A stretch of DNA of 64,000 nucleotides from Mustelus asterias (GCF_964213995.1 NC_135825.1:12276001-12340000); one strand, 5' to 3'; numbered from the stretch's first letter, positions 13,401 to 26,581 are shown. The notes: generated from the letters alone by a model not told the origin. A program made the numbers and translations.

Positions 13401-16400
13401 GGATTTGGACCCGCTCACCACATTTCAGAGTGAATCAATCTGTGTTGGAGAATCGTTCTGGTCCGTCCCTTATGTTGTCAAATGAGCCTCTTCAGACACT
13501 GGAGTTGCAACACATCAAGGAAGCTGATCAGGAAACGTATACTCCCTGTGTTGTGGGATTGCCCGTCAGTGAGTTGCTTGTCTCTGTTCATTCCTTTGTC
13601 TTGTGGAGCTCAGGGTCTGTGTGGAGGAGGCAGTTGCTGCTATTGGTGCTGTTGGTCACCTGGGTCCTCATCTGAGGCCCAAAATAAAACAGTCTGAGAA
13701 CCACCCATGCTGATCTGATAGATACAATCACCAAAATGTAACCCAGAAATACACATTACCATCTCTGTTGTGAAAGTCAACACCCTGTAAATACTGATAT
13801 TAAACCTTTCACACAATCAGGCGAGAAATAAGCAGTGAGGTTCCAGTGCTTCTTGGCATCTTTCCCAGTCACTTCTTCAGCCTCCCCCATTGCCTCTGTC
13901 TTCTGCCCTTGCTCAGTAACCCGAGCCGCCACAGGTAGATTCCACTAATTGCACTCACTGAGCGATTAATAGACTGAAATTGATAACCCGTCTCTCACTG
14001 GGGGGATTTGATCACACACGGATTGACACATTTAATGTTTCCATGGAGATTTTTATGATCATTTGGAACATTTGGAATATTGTGTCCAATTCTGGTCACC
14101 ACACAACCAGAAGGATGTGGGGGCTTTGGAGAGAGTGCAGAAAAGGTTGACCAGGATGTTGCCTGGTATGGAGGGTATTACCTATGAGGAGAGTTTGAAT
14201 GAGCTGGGATTGTTCTCCCTGGAAAGACAGAGGCTGAGGGGCAACCTGAGAGAAGTTTATAAAATTATGAGAGGTGTGGATAGAGTGAACAGTTGGAAGC
14301 TTTTTCCCAGGGCAGAAATGACAATTAGAAGGACGCACAAGTTCAAGATACCGGGTCAAAGATTCAGTGGAGATGTGCGGGAGAACTTTTTTACACAGAG
14401 GGTGGTGGGCGCCTGGAATGCACTGCCAAGTGAGGAGGTTGAGGCACTTATGTTAGCTATATTTAAGGTTTTATCTTGATAGACGTATGAACAAACAGGG
14501 AATAGAGGAATATAAGCATTGGTAAACGTGATCAGCGCAGGAAGGGCCTGTTCCTGTTCTGTACTGTTCTTTGTTCTTTGTTCTTTGATCCCTTTAAGGG
14601 GCTTTCACCATATTGGATTATTTAATTGTTTAATTTGCCGATTTGTTAACTTTTAATCTGTCAGCTTCACCCTGAATTTTCAGTGGTTTATTTGAAAGAA
14701 GCACAAACTGACACATTGCGGATACATCCGGATGTTGGGGGTTTGACTGGCTTCCCAACATATTGTCAATTTCTGTGTATTTAACCCCTCTATGCTCCCC
14801 CACCCACCCCCACAGCCCCACCATTCAGCGCTAAACCAACAAGGTACAATTACTACCAACTGGCTGCTCACTTCACTTTGTTAATGTCTGACTATTGGAT
14901 TGATCCGGACTGTAAAAATCTGACAGTGTGATATTTAATACATTTCAGAGACAGGGAAATATTCTGAGAATCACAGGTAATGTCTTTCACAATATCCTAT
15001 AGTTAAAGGAATTGTTTGTCTGATTATGTTTGAAGTTCTTGATCAGAATGTTGGACAGGCCACGAATTGAGTTTGTGTCACAAGAGTCGGATTTCCAGAT
15101 CTCTGCCCTCTGGCTGCCAGACTCTGCATTGCTGCAGAGCCTCGGGATATCGGAGCTGTCAATGTTTCCTTGCGGATAAAACATGGATCAGACATTTCAG
15201 TAATAAAGAAAGTCATTGAGAATAATGTACCGTAAGATATTTGCAGCTCCACAGAAAACTTTCGATCGAAGTCAGGTTTATCAATTCCACAGCTGTACCA
15301 TCCTGCATCTCCTGAGCGAAGATCCTCCATCGTAACAGCAAATATTGCTTGTGACTTGTTATCTGTGATCGACAATCTCCCTCGCCGTCCATCTGGATCA
15401 TCCGTTCTCACTAAATATGAGCAATCTTCAGTCCAACTGTTACACCAATATTTCACATATTGTTTGTATTGTCCATTATATTTGCAATTTATTGTGATCG
15501 ATCTTCCCACAATTCCTGTGACTTTCATTTCTGCCCGCAATGCACCTGAAACTGAGGAGACAACATTTCAGCGATTGACCAAGTAAATAACTGCTTAATG
15601 CAGAGAGAAACATTTTAATAAGATTTACCACTGTGTACAGAGGAAACTCTCCAATATCTGTATTCATCATTCTCTTTCTGGTTTGTGATGAATGAAAACA
15701 TGAATATAGAGCCGTGCTGTCAGTGCCAAAGTCCTTCACTGACAATGATTTCTTGTTAATGTACAGTGGCCATTTTTATTGTGTCACCTTGTCACTCAAG
15801 CTTTGCACTGGCGCCTCTGAATGGGTGGATTGCAGGGTCAGGTCCCACTCCAGAGACTGGAGTATAAAATCTACACTAACATTCCAGTGTAATACTGAGG
15901 GACAAGATGGCTCAGATTTTCCTGCCCCCAGTCATGTTCACAGAGCTCGGTGATGTCTTTCAGTTGAAAGGTTAATCTGACACCCAAGTCTGGACATTCC
16001 CTGTCATGGAGAAAATCCCAGGAATGGCTGGAATTTCAAAGGCCGGAGAGTGGGCGTGGGACTGGAATCGGGCTGGCATTCACACATGCGCGATTCGTTC
16101 AACTCTGGATTGCCTTAAATTCATCATCTGCCTCGACTGAAGTGGGATTTTGGATGAACAGAAGTGTGTGTGGAATCTGGAATGTGCAGATTAGAATATT
16201 GAAGAAAAGGTCTGAACTTGGTGGATTCTTATAGACAGCCAGGGTACAACTTCTGGAGAGGGAAGTTACTCTTTGGGAGGGGAAAGTTTCTCTTTGAGAC
16301 AAACTCTGGTGAGCGGTCAGGGCCGGAGTGATTATTTGATTGTTTAAATTATTTTATTTATTAACCATGGCGCTGGGGCACTGAAACAGGCCTTGTGTCC

Positions 16401-18302
16401 AGCTCACCTCCGGGCCGAGCAGCCTGTGGATTTGTTCCCGGGTCACCCGTCCCGACTCACTTTTTAATGCCTTTCCCGACTCAGTGAACACGACCCAGGG
16501 ACGGCGATCTGGGCCTCAGTCTGCCCCACAGGTCAGTGCACCAGGAATGACACATTACTCAGGAAAAAGTGCAATGAAGGTTCCCAAGACTGGTTCCTGG
16601 GATAAGGGGATGGGATGGGAACAGGTTGAGTCCACAAGGTGCATGTTTCCTGTTAGTTGGAAGTATCAGAGGTGATTGAATTGAAATGTGTACAATTCTT
16701 AAGGAGCTTGACAGGATACATTTTGAGCATATATGTACCACCCTACCAGGGCTGGGCATTCTGCATCACAGGATCACAGTCTCGGAATAAAGTGAGAGAC
16801 ACGAAGGATGAGATGAGGAGATTTTTATTCACTCAAGGTGTTGTGAATCCTTGGAATTCTCTGCACCAGAGAGCTTTAGATGTTCGGTCTTGAAGGATAT
16901 TAAACACAGAGATTTATACAATTTTTTGGTCCCAACATAATCGAGGGGTATGGGGATAGTGAAGGAAATACGAATTGAAGTTGGAGATCAGTGAGCATGT
17001 TGCTGAATGATGGAGCAGGCTCAAAGGGACAAAGGCCAACTCCTGTTCCTATTTATAATGTTCTTCTTGAGGAGGAGAGGTGGCAGTATGAATCAAAAAT
17101 TCCATTGCAGACAGCATAATAGCATCAGTTTAGTAAGGGGCTGGTGTGAAAATTTAGATTTACTTTGTTAAATGTTAAAGAATGAAAAGAAAATGATTCC
17201 ATCTTGGATGGACAAAGTAGACAAAGCATGTACAAGTGATTGGGCGGCACGTTGATACAGTGGTGAACACAGCTACGTCACTGCGCCAGGGACCCGGGTT
17301 CAATTCCAGCCTCGGCTGACTGTGTGGAGTTTGCACCTTCTCCCCATATCTGTGTGGGTTTCCTCTGGGTATTCCAGTTTCCTCCCACACTCCAAAGGTG
17401 TTCAGGTTAGGTTGATTGGCCGTGCGAAATTCCCCCTTATTGTCTCAAGATGTATAGTTTAAGAAAATTAATGAGGTAAATATGTGGCGTTACGGGCATG
17501 GGTAACACGCTCTTTGGTGCAGACTCAATGGGCCGAATGGCCTCCTTGTGCACTGTAGGGATTCTATGAAGCAGACTCACTGACAGAGATTGATAAAACT
17601 TTCATCAGATGTAATTTAAATAATAGAAACAATTGCAAACTTGAGGAATATTTTCCTGGAGCCTTTGTTGCCTCTGCAGTCTTCAGAGTCAATTCAATGA
17701 GCAATAATCTGCAATGGATCACAGGCATCTCTCAACATTAGGGAAAGATAATTGGTTACATTTAGTGTGGGGGGCACCACTCCACAGGAATGGGGAAAGG
17801 TGAGGAGGCAGATTTCCATAAACTACCACAGCCGCTCTGAGGATTGAACCCCTGCCATTGGAATCATTCTGCATTGCACTCCAAACAACTGAGCCAATCA
17901 AACCCTCCAGTCTCCAGGATATACTGAGCATGAAACTACATTAACAAGTTAACTTTTATTGGACTGAAATGTGTTGCTTCTGCATTTTAATTATATTAAT
18001 CATATAGCTTTTTAACAAAAATAAATAGGTTAATTTATATTCACAATCAATAATGCCGTTTATTATTTGCTGGGTAAATATTTCTGTGGGACAATACTAT
18101 CAACAAAATAGCTACAACTTTCACACAAATGTCATTAATTTATTTTTGCTGCGTTTTTGTAGCTTTACATGTCTCCAAGTATTTAAATATCTCTGCCGTA
18201 GAAACCATGCACTAGACTTAATCCAACACTCATCATCTCGGGATCCATTTTTGTCCCTTACTCACCAGGCAGAGAAAAGATGAAAAGAATCAGAATCCAC
18301 AT
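4393..18302 (-). CDS. Gene A: spliced pIgR/CD300-like Ig-superfamily receptor, L-V-C2-C2-TM-short tail. Predicted exons 18266-18302, 15231-15551, 11705-12028, 10434-10782, 8111-8210, 4393-4440; about 392 aa
   Basis: All introns are GT-AG with compatible phases (1,1,1,2,0). Exon lengths sum to 1179 nt with no internal stop. Leader, Ig V, Ig C2 and TM signatures occur in the expected order, and each exon has a paralog in gene B. The last exon is the least certain. Confidence 0.8.
6548..6745 (-). mobile_element. Penelope-like 3' fragment with a hammerhead motif at 6605-6641
   Basis: Minus strand CCAT-CTGATGA-A-GGAGC-AGC-GCTCT-GAAA-GCTA-ATGG, followed by the same ..CCAAATAAACCTGTTGGACTTTAACC tail as the 23728 insert. 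Confidence 0.7.
6790..7760. repeat. Complex CAGTG(C/T)-based satellite in the post-TM intron of gene A (shorter paralog at 41990-42308)
   Basis: Hierarchical repeats of CAGTGC, CAGTGT, CCATG and CAGGGGT units. Confidence 0.9.
8111..8210 (-). CDS. Gene A transmembrane exon (LLSSFIWNVIRWGLFTLLVICVISVTWYTRKSQ)
   Basis: Acceptor atttcttccag, donor CAG|GTGAGG; hydrophobic helix followed by an RK stop-transfer; same peptide as gene B. Confidence 0.85.
8950..10010. mobile_element. Probable non-autonomous DNA-transposon-like repeat in the C2-TM intron (paralog about 39715-40780)
   Basis: GC-rich insert with GGCACTGCC/GGCAGTGCC motifs shared with the other MITE-like repeats; termini not firmly resolved. 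Confidence 0.45.
10434..10782 (-). CDS. Gene A membrane-proximal C2-type Ig exon
   Basis: Same C2 motifs, ending ..NCSCVTQIDSFGVAWTESE. The phase-2 donor TG|GTAAGA matches the phase-2 acceptor of the TM exon. Confidence 0.82.
11705..12028 (-). CDS. Gene A C2-type Ig exon 1 (FCRL/PECAM-like)
   Basis: EPVSVPEL..VSVSCESVQGSLPIQYTWY..YYCTASNNQG; acceptor ttcccacag, donor G|GTAAAT; 324 nt. Confidence 0.88.
14063..14590 (+). mobile_element. CR1-type LINE 3' end (paralog about 30715-31250, minus)
   Basis: LEYCVQFWSPH..LERVQKR..LGLFSLE..LRG..FFTQRVV..WNALP plus a (TTCTTTG)n tail. Confidence 0.9.
15231..15551 (-). CDS. Gene A V-set Ig exon, pIgR/CD300 type
   Basis: GRSITINCKY..KYWC-x6-C..GRLSITDN..FAVTMEDLRSGDAGWYSCGI has the B/F cysteines plus the extra C-C' cysteine pair of pIgR/CD300/TREM V domains. 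Acceptor tctcctcag, donor G|GTACAT. Confidence 0.9.
18266..18302 (-). CDS. Gene A exon 1, signal peptide (MWILILFIFSLP)
   Basis: ACAATGTGG start, hydrophobic 12-mer, phase-1 donor G|GTGAGT; joins in frame to (V)SGALRAE of the V exon. Confidence 0.85.
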
Positions 18303-21229
18303 TGTTATCTTGGCAATGTTTCGATCAGTATTTATCGTCTGTCACCCAGCTCTTTGTTGAGATGTTGAAAGGCGGATCCAATAAACTCTGATACGGAATT
18401 GAAATAAGATTGAAGAAAGCAGCAAGCCAGGCCTCAGGAAATTCCACCCTTCAGAAAGCTCCAGGACGGAGGTCCCAGCTGGCCACTGCTATCACTGGTT
18501 GTGCCAGCTCTAAAGATCCCTTTTAGCTGCTGATCTCCTTGTTCCAGCAGGCACAGCTCTACATCTGCCTCTTTGGTGATCTGTGGACAGTTACTGTCCG
18601 GCTTTGACAGTGTCACTCAGTGTGGTTGTTGATATCATGGGAGGTGTGATTCACCCTGACACTTCCTGCACTATTGCTGAAAACAGAAAGGCCCCGAATT
18701 TGCTGAAAATACCACAGTGTGTAAACTGGCCAATGAACTGAGACAATGAAGAGATATCAAACTCATTACAAGTTATTGGCTGCTTTTTACACCTCCTCCA
18801 TTAGCTTTGAGAAAATGGTGGATCTTTCTTAAACCCGCTCTGACTTTGATGAACTTGTGACATTTACCAAATAAATCCCAAATAAACAGGCCACAGAATG
18901 TTCAGTCTCGTAACATCAGCCTCCCTGGCCCAGAATGTGAACAATTATAAACTCTGGAGTTTCACTCTCTCCTGAATTGAATAATTGACCTGGATTTTCC
19001 AATGAGAGGAATGGCGAAGGTTAACAAACATTCACTGTTATTATGGAGTAAATGAGGCGGTAAAGAGGGTGCGCATGTGCAATTAAATTCAGAAATGTAC
19101 AAGTTGTGGCCCTAATTCCCCAGTTACCCCAGAGGCTGTGCTATGCTGGTACCTCACCGACAGAGGGAGCATGGTTTTCAAATCTAGCCGGTTCCTTGAC
19201 TCCTGTTGGAGCTGCACTCATCCAGTGAAGTGGAGAATATTCCATCACACTCCTGACTTGTGCCTTGCAGATGGTGGACAGGACTTAGAGAGTCAGGAGG
19301 TGAGTTACTTGCTGAAGCATTCACAGCCTCGGACCCGCTTTTGTATAAATAGTATTTATATGGCTGATCCAGTTCAGTTTCTGGTCAACAGTAACTCCCA
19401 GGATGTTGATAGTGTGGGATGTAGCAATGATAATGCCACTGAATGACCGGGGAAGGTGCTTAGGTTATATCCATTTTGACATGGTGTAAGATTCTCCAGA
19501 CACGTCTGCGGTTCAACCCATTGTGAGCGAGAATGGAAAATTTGGCGTTCCAGCCCAAACTTCTTTCAGTGTCAGCGGCAGTGGTAAAACTCCAGCCGTG
19601 AAAGAGGACAGAAGATTTTGCCCATGGTTTATGTCTGAGAATTAGGTGGTGCTGATGTCACTTGGCATTCATCAGTACATATCTTAGTGCTGTCCAGATC
19701 TTGCTCCATATATGGACACAGACTTTTCTAGTATCTGAAAATTGCTGAATGGTTCTGAACATTGTGCAACCACCAGTCGACATCTTCACATCTGGCCAGA
19801 TGCTGAAGGGAAGGATTATGGGCAAGATTGAGGATCTGGGATGGAGCTTGACTCTTGTTCACTGAGTCAGCTCGAACAATGAGGTGAATTAATTCCTTCT
19901 ATTCTGCCGTTTCTAGGTTTCTGATACACACTCACTGATGCCTCTCTCTCTGGGGTAACTTGTCCGCACCATGGTGTAGCTGCTATGATCCCTGGTCATT
20001 CCTTCTTCACCCTGCATCATCTGATGTTCAAGGAATGTAGCAACACCCGTGCTGTTTGCCTGTGACAAATTCTGTATCAATGCTGATCTTCTCGCTGCTG
20101 CAAACACAGCTCTGCATTTGGTATCTGACACCTATTGTACATTCACAGGGTTTCTATCTCACACCACCCTGAGGACAGCAACACATTTTTCTTGCAGTTT
20201 CAAACCATGAACATTGCAAGTTGCAGCAAACATAAACCCACATTTATTTCCAATGTCAATCTCTCTCTTTGCCTTTCTCATCAACCGTTAAAGAATTTGA
20301 GGAGTTAATGGAATATTGCTGTAAATTGGTGCTTATTTAGGATGGAGTCGTCACTCACAGAATTCTATACTCAATAAAAAATGATCAAACATTGGAACCA
20401 TTTGGAAAATTCAAAACTCTTGAGTACAATCTGTTACACGTGGGTAAGAACTTCACTCTGAGTAAATCTAAAGTTAGTACTCTCACTGACCACAGCCTTG
20501 GGTGGAGAAACATGTTCATTTTTTATTATTAACTCATTCGTGGAATCAACAACAACAGCAATAACTTGTTCTTTTTAAAGGGCCTTTCACTCATAGAATC
20601 CTACAGTGTAGATGGAGGCCATTCGGTCCATCGCGCCGACACAATGCCACCCAGATCCTATCCCCATAACTCCACATATTTACCCTGCTGATCCCCTGAC
20701 ACAATGGAGCAATTTAACATGGGCAATGAATCTAACCTTCACATCTTTGGATTGTGGGATGAAACCGGAGCTCCTGGAGGAAATTCACACAGACCACGGG
20801 GAGGAAATTGTGCAAACTCCACACTGCCAGTCACCCAAGTTTGGAATTGAACCTGGGCACCTGGCACTGTGAGGCAGCAGTGCTAACCACTGTGCCACCA
20901 TATTGCCCGGTAAAACCTCCTCAGGCATTTTATGACATCAGACAAGTGTTGTTGCTGAGGCAAAGATTAGATCAAAGAGACTGGTCAGTTTTAGGGAGAG
21001 GTTGCTGGAGTTTTGAATCTCGACAATTGGAAACAGGAGGGACTAGGAGGAAGGGTCTGAGAGTCTGAGAGTTGGCACTCAGCCTCTGCAACAACATCAT
21101 TACACTTCATCGCAGGTCAAGGCTGCTCCCACAACAATTTTAAAGGAAATATGTGGTCTGCAAAAGAGGAAGTGAAACCACTTGTAATAACTCAGAAAGC
21201 CACTGGAAAGGCATGGTGTTTTATTTCAC

Positions 21230-22340
21230 AAAGCAGAAGTGAAACCACAAGCCTGCGGTGCAGGTACACAAGTGCCAGCCGCCTTCATCTTTTTCCTGCG
21301 TCTTCTTTCCATTTCGTACTCTGCCTGGACAGGTGAGCTATACCGGGTCCGTGAGCGTCTCTTTCTGGATGACCGCCAATCTATCACTGGAGGCGTCTCA
21401 CTCTTAGCAACAACCTCTCGCTGAGGTTCTGCTCCCTTTGTTTCCATTTCAGAGGTGGAGCCCTCGTAGGCAGTCTTTGAGCCTCCAGTTGGTTGGGTTC
21501 CTTCACTGCCTCGTGTTGTAGCTGGTGTCCCAGATGGTATTCCCGCTGTGTTAGTTGTTTCTGTCAACAGTTCCCGACAGCGCAGGTGGTCAACATGTTT
21601 CCTTAAGATCTTATCCCAGACTTTTCCCGTATAAGACAATGAAAGGATCGTCCCTGGTGTCCATGGGTTCTGTCTTCAAAATGTCAGATCTGGATGGTGT
21701 CTCCTGGTGAAAAACTCCACCAGGTTTACGTCCACCGTGGCCCCTTTTTGGGGCTTCTTGCTTTTCTTCAATTCTTCCACTTAAATTCGGGAAGGTGAGG
21801 CTTAGCCTGGTCTGCAGGTGTCCGCCCATGAGGAGTTCTGCCGGGGTTAACCCCGTCGTTATGTGTGGTGTTGTCCTGTAATTAAAAAGGAATCTGCTTG
21901 AGACTTTCAATGGGATTATATGATGTGGTGGAAGCCATCAGGTGTACATCAATCCACTTGGAGTGTCCTCGATTAGTATCAGACACATTGGGCCCATAAA
22001 TGGTCTTGAAAATCCCCATGCACACAAACCCATGGTTCCTTGGTCAGTCCCAGGGGTGCAGGGAGGCTAGTGATGGGGTCCTCTGCTTATCTTGGCACAT
22101 TCTGCATGTTTTAAACATCTTCTCTACTTCCCCATCTCTGTCAGGCTACCAAACATAGCTTCTCGGTAACATTTTCATTTTTCAGGTCCCCAGATGGCCG
22201 TTATGTGGCTCTTGGGGAATCGGCCTTTGGGAGGGATATGAGAAAGCTATCCAGCTTACAATGCCTTGTTCGATACTTAGTTCCTGGTATTTTCTTGCAT
22301 ATGGTTTTAAGTCTTGAGACCGCTGAGTATTTGGCATAAG
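21230..22340 (-). mobile_element. Decayed Ty3/Gypsy integrase and 3' region remnant at the palindrome centre
   Basis: Frameshifted peptides FLFNYRTTPHITTGLTPAELLMG..LQTRL and KILRKHVDHL, typical of Gypsy integrase C-termini. Confidence 0.8.
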
Positions 22341-23727
22341 TGATTTAGCGACCCAAAGGTGGCTGTTCACCTGGAGGAAACCCCCCACAGACATGGGGAG
22401 AATGTGCAGACTCCGCACAGACAGAGACCCAAGCCATGCTAAATTGCCCCTTAGTGTTCCAGGATGTATAGGTTAGAGGCATTAGGAGGGTAACGGGGAT
22501 AAGGCCTAGGTGGGATTGCTGTTGGTGCAGACTTGAATGGCCTCCTTTTGCACAGTAGGGTTTCTATGATTCTATGATTATTCCACATCGTACATAACAG
22601 ATTGTTGTGATACCTGTCGGGTGCCCTTCCTTCATGTGTATGAATTCATTGAGTGGTTCCCAATATCAAATCAACTCAACATTAAATTCTCATTCTCCTA
22701 TTCCAATTTCTCCATGGTCTCATCAGCCCCTATCTTTACAAATGTTTCTGCAAATCTTGTGTTTCCCCCAACCGTGGCTTCTCGTATATATCCAATTCTT
22801 CACCACACCGCTGACAGTAATGTTTCCAATTGTCTCCATGCAAAACTCCAGCAACCACTCCCTAAAACTGACCAGTCTCTTTGATCTAATCTTTGCCTCA
22901 GCAACAACACTTGTCTGATGTCATAAAATGCCTGAGGAGGTTTTACCGGGCAGTATGGTGGCACAGTGGTTAGCACTGCTGCCTCACAGTGCCAGGTGCC
23001 CAGGTTCAATTCCGAACTTGGGTGACTGGCAGTGTGGAGTTTGCACAATTCCCTCCCCGTGGTCTGTGTGAATTTCCTCCAGGAGCTCCGGTTTCATCCC
23101 ACAATGCAAAGATGTGAAGGTTAGATTCATTGCCCATGTTAAATTGCCCCATTGTGTCAGGGGATTAGCAGGATAAATATGTGGAGTTATGGGGATAGGA
23201 TCTGGGTGGCATTGTGTCGGCGTGATGGACCGAATGGCCTCCATCTGCACTGTAGGATTCGATGAGTGAAAGGCCCTTTAAAAAGAACAAGTTATTGCTG
23301 TTGTCGTTGATTCCACGAATGAGTTAATAATAAAAAATGAACCTGTTTCTCCACCCAAGGCTGTGGTCAATGAGAGTTCTAACTTTAGATTTACTCAGAG
23401 TGAAGTTCTTACCCACGTGTAACAGATTGTACTCAGAGTTCTGAATTTTCCAAATGGTTCCAATGTTTGATCATTTTTTATTGAGTATAGAATTCTGTGA
23501 GTGACGGCTCCATCCTAAATAAGCACCAATTTACAGCAATATTCCATTAACTCCTCAAATTCTTTAACGGTTGATGAGAAAGGCAAAGAGAGAGATTGAC
23601 ATTGGAAATAAATGTGGCTTCATGTTTGCTGCAGTTTGCAATGTTCATGGTTTGAAACTGCAAGAAAAATGTGTTGCTGTCCTCAGGGTGGTGTGAGATA
23701 GAAACCCTGTGAATGTACAATAGGTGT

Positions 23728-23961
23728 GATGTGGAGATGCCGGCGTTGGACTGGGGTAAACACAGTAAGAAGTTTAACAACACCAGGTTAAAGTCCAACA
23801 GGTTTATTTGGTAGCAAAAGCCACACAAGCTTTCGAGGCTCTGAGCCCCTTCTTCAGGAGAGTCACCTGAAGAAGGGGCTCAGAGCCTCGAAAGCTTGTG
23901 TGGCTTTTGCTACCAAATAAACCTGTTGGACTTTAACCTGGTGTTGTTAAACTTCTTACTG
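23728..23961. mobile_element. Penelope-like element remnant forming a near-complete foldback, flanked by a 14-bp duplication
   Basis: 99-bp perfect inverted arms (23760-23858 and 23866-23964). TGTACAATAGGTGT is duplicated at 23714-23727 and 23962-23975. The insert is absent from the four other copies of the host block. Confidence 0.8.
23864..23900 (+). ncRNA. Minimal type-I hammerhead ribozyme motif (Penelope-associated)
   Basis: CAC-CTGAAGA-A-GGGGC-TCAGA-GCCTC-GAAA-GCTT-GTG: core boxes CUGANGA and GAAA, stem II hairpin, short stem I (CAC/GTG). Confidence 0.65.
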
Positions 23962-24188
23962 TGTACAATAGGTGTCAGATACCAAATGCAGAGCTGTGTT
24001 TGCAGCAGTGAGAAGATCAGCATTGACACAGAATTTGTCACAGGCAAACAGCACGGGTGTTGCTACATTCCTTGAACATCAGATGATGCAGGTTGAAGAA
24101 GGAATGACCAGGGATCATATCAGCTACACCATGGTGCGGACAAGTTACCCCAGAGAGAGGCATCAGGGAGTGAATATTAGAAACCTAT

Positions 24189-25210
24189 GGGGGCGATTCT
24201 CCCAAAAGTGCTGAATTTGTGGGAAAACTGTTCTGGATCACGACTGTTTTTTCAGTGCAGTTTCTCACTCGAATCTCCGCACTCTGTGCAATGCCGAGGT
24301 CACAATCGGGAATCTTATTAAACACCCAGGGGGCGGGGCCTATTCACGCGGGAGTCTGACAGCTCCGGATCTCTGCTCATGTGCAGTGGTACCGATCTGT
24401 CAGTCTCTCCGTTTCCAGGCCAGCTCGATGGCTGGCTAGCCCAGGACCCCCACAGTGCTGTCCCTCAGGCCCCCCACACACCTTGATCGCGGCCCTCAAG
24501 ATAATTCCTGTGCCAGCTCTGACCCATCCCCCGCCCCAGAGCGCCCCGATGACCAACACACCCACCCACTGGTGGCAATCCCACCACCCCACTTACCCCA
24601 GCAGAAACCCCCCACCCCACGCCACAGCCTGCCCTGATCGCTGGCCTCCCTCCATCCCAGACCGATCGCCATGCAGAGTGGCAGCAAGACACTCCCCCCA
24701 CTGATTACCCCTCGGCTCCACACACAATGGGCCTCGCCCCCTTGTCATTGCCCGATGCCCAATGGGCAGCGCCAAGGCAGTCTCTGGGCATGGACAATTG
24801 GCACCTTGTGCAGTGCTGGGGGCACAGGCTGGCACTGCCAGGGTGTCCATGCCAAATGGGGGCACCTGACCCCCGCACCTGACCCCTGCGGGGCTCCGAG
24901 TTTGCCCCCTTCAGTCCGGCGGGGTCTCCCGCTAGTTCCCCGAATGTGGGGATCTTCTCTAAACCCCGCCGGAATGAAGTGCTCCTGGTGGGGTGGGAGA
25001 TTCAATCGGGCCCGGCAAGTTCCCGATAATTGCAAATCACTTACCCGTCTTCCCGCCGATTTCCAGCATGGTCTGGACTCCAACTGTTCTCCGTCTCTGG
25101 GAGAAGCGCATGTATTCCCGGCGCATGCGCAAATCCCGGAAAAAGGCCGACGACGCGTAGCACCCAGCCTGAACCACCGCAAAAGTCGCAGATCACGAGA
25201 ATCACCCCCC
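24189..25210. mobile_element. Non-autonomous TIR element (MITE, probably Harbinger-type); copy at 59926-60932 and a related truncated element at 48833-49705
   Basis: Terminal inverted repeats GGGGGCGATTCTC ... GAGAATCACCCCC; GC-rich non-coding interior. Confidence 0.7.
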
Positions 25211-26581
25211 GCTCTAGAAACTACAGAACAGAAGGAATTGATTCAGCTCATTGTGCCCGAGTTGGCTCACTGAACAATAGTCAAACTCAGTCCCAAATCC
25301 TCAATTTTCATAAGTGAGAGGGACCATCCCTGATTCATGACCCTCCTCCCCCTGTCAATTGTACCCACCATCCTCTCTGGGGCTAGCACTGACTGACCCG
25401 AGCGAATCCACCCCATTCAGCTCCTGCTTGGACCTTCATCGTTCCGAGACTGACTGCAGTCCCTGCAGTGACCACAGCTCCTGGTGGCGCTGCTGTGACT
25501 GAAGTGCTGCCAACCCCCTGATTGGCCAGCAGGTCTCCTATCCTTGCTGTAACTGTGCTTCAGTGGGCAGGAGAAGGACTGCTCGCAGAGGCCAAGCCCA
25601 GGAACAGCCATGGCCTTGCCAGCCTCAGTGTAAAATCACTGAGAGCTCAGAGTGGGCAGGAACCCGGAAATAATCCCATCTCTGCAATTTTACGCACTCT
25701 CCCCACCGAAACACCTGCTGGGTGGGGGTGGGGGGGTTGGGGGGTCGGGGGGGTATGGCTGGGGTTGGGGCGGGGGGGGGTGGGGGGGTTGTGGAATGTA
25801 AAACTCAGACCCATGTCTTTATATCAGTTTCCATGCTGCCTCTATCAGTGAGGTATTGACACAGCCTCTGGGGTAACTGGGGAATTAGGGCCACAACTTG
25901 TACATTTCTGAATTTAATTGCACATGCGCACCCTCTTTACCGCCTCATTTACCCCATAATAACAGTGAATGTTTGTTAACCTTCGCCGTTCCTCTCATTG
26001 GAAAATCCAGGTCAATAATTCAATCCAGGAGAGAGTGAAACTCCAGAGTTTATAATTGTTCACATTCTGGGCCAGGGAGGCTGATGTTACGAGACTGAAC
26101 ATTCTGTGGCCTGTTTATTTCGTTTGACATCTCTTCATTGTCTCAGTTCATTGGCCAGTTTACACACTGTGGTATTTTCAGCAAATTCTGGGCCTTTCTG
26201 TTTTCAGCAACAGTGCAGGAAGTGTCAGGGTGAATCACACCTCCCATGATGTCATCAACCACACTGAGCGACACTGTCAAAGCCGGACAGTAACTGTCCA
26301 CAGGTCACCAAAGGTGCAGATGTAGAGCTGTGCCTGCTGGAACAAGGAGATCAGCAGCTAAAAGGGATCTTCAGAGCTGGCACAACCAGTGATAGCAGTG
26401 GCCAGCTGGGACCTCCATTCTGGAGCATTCTGAAGGGTGGAATTTCCTGAGGCCTGGCTTGCTGCTTTCTTCAATCTGATTTCAATTCCGTATCAGAGTT
26501 TATTGGATCCGCCTTTCAACATCTCAACAAAGAGCTGGGTGACAGACGATAAATACTGATCGAAACATTGCCAAGATAACA

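Larger units (their letters stand above)
2150..19165 (-). repeat. Left arm of a large inverted segmental duplication (contains gene A)
   Basis: Reverse complement is collinear with about 25840-46036, including exons, introns and shared TE insertions. Confidence 0.9.

Noticed and set aside
26160-26560. Promoter motifs (TGTGGT Runx, AGGAAGTG Ets, GGAATTTCC kappaB-like, GATAAATA)
   Set aside because: These short motifs are plausible, but their presence in all three copies is uninformative because the copies are near-identical overall.
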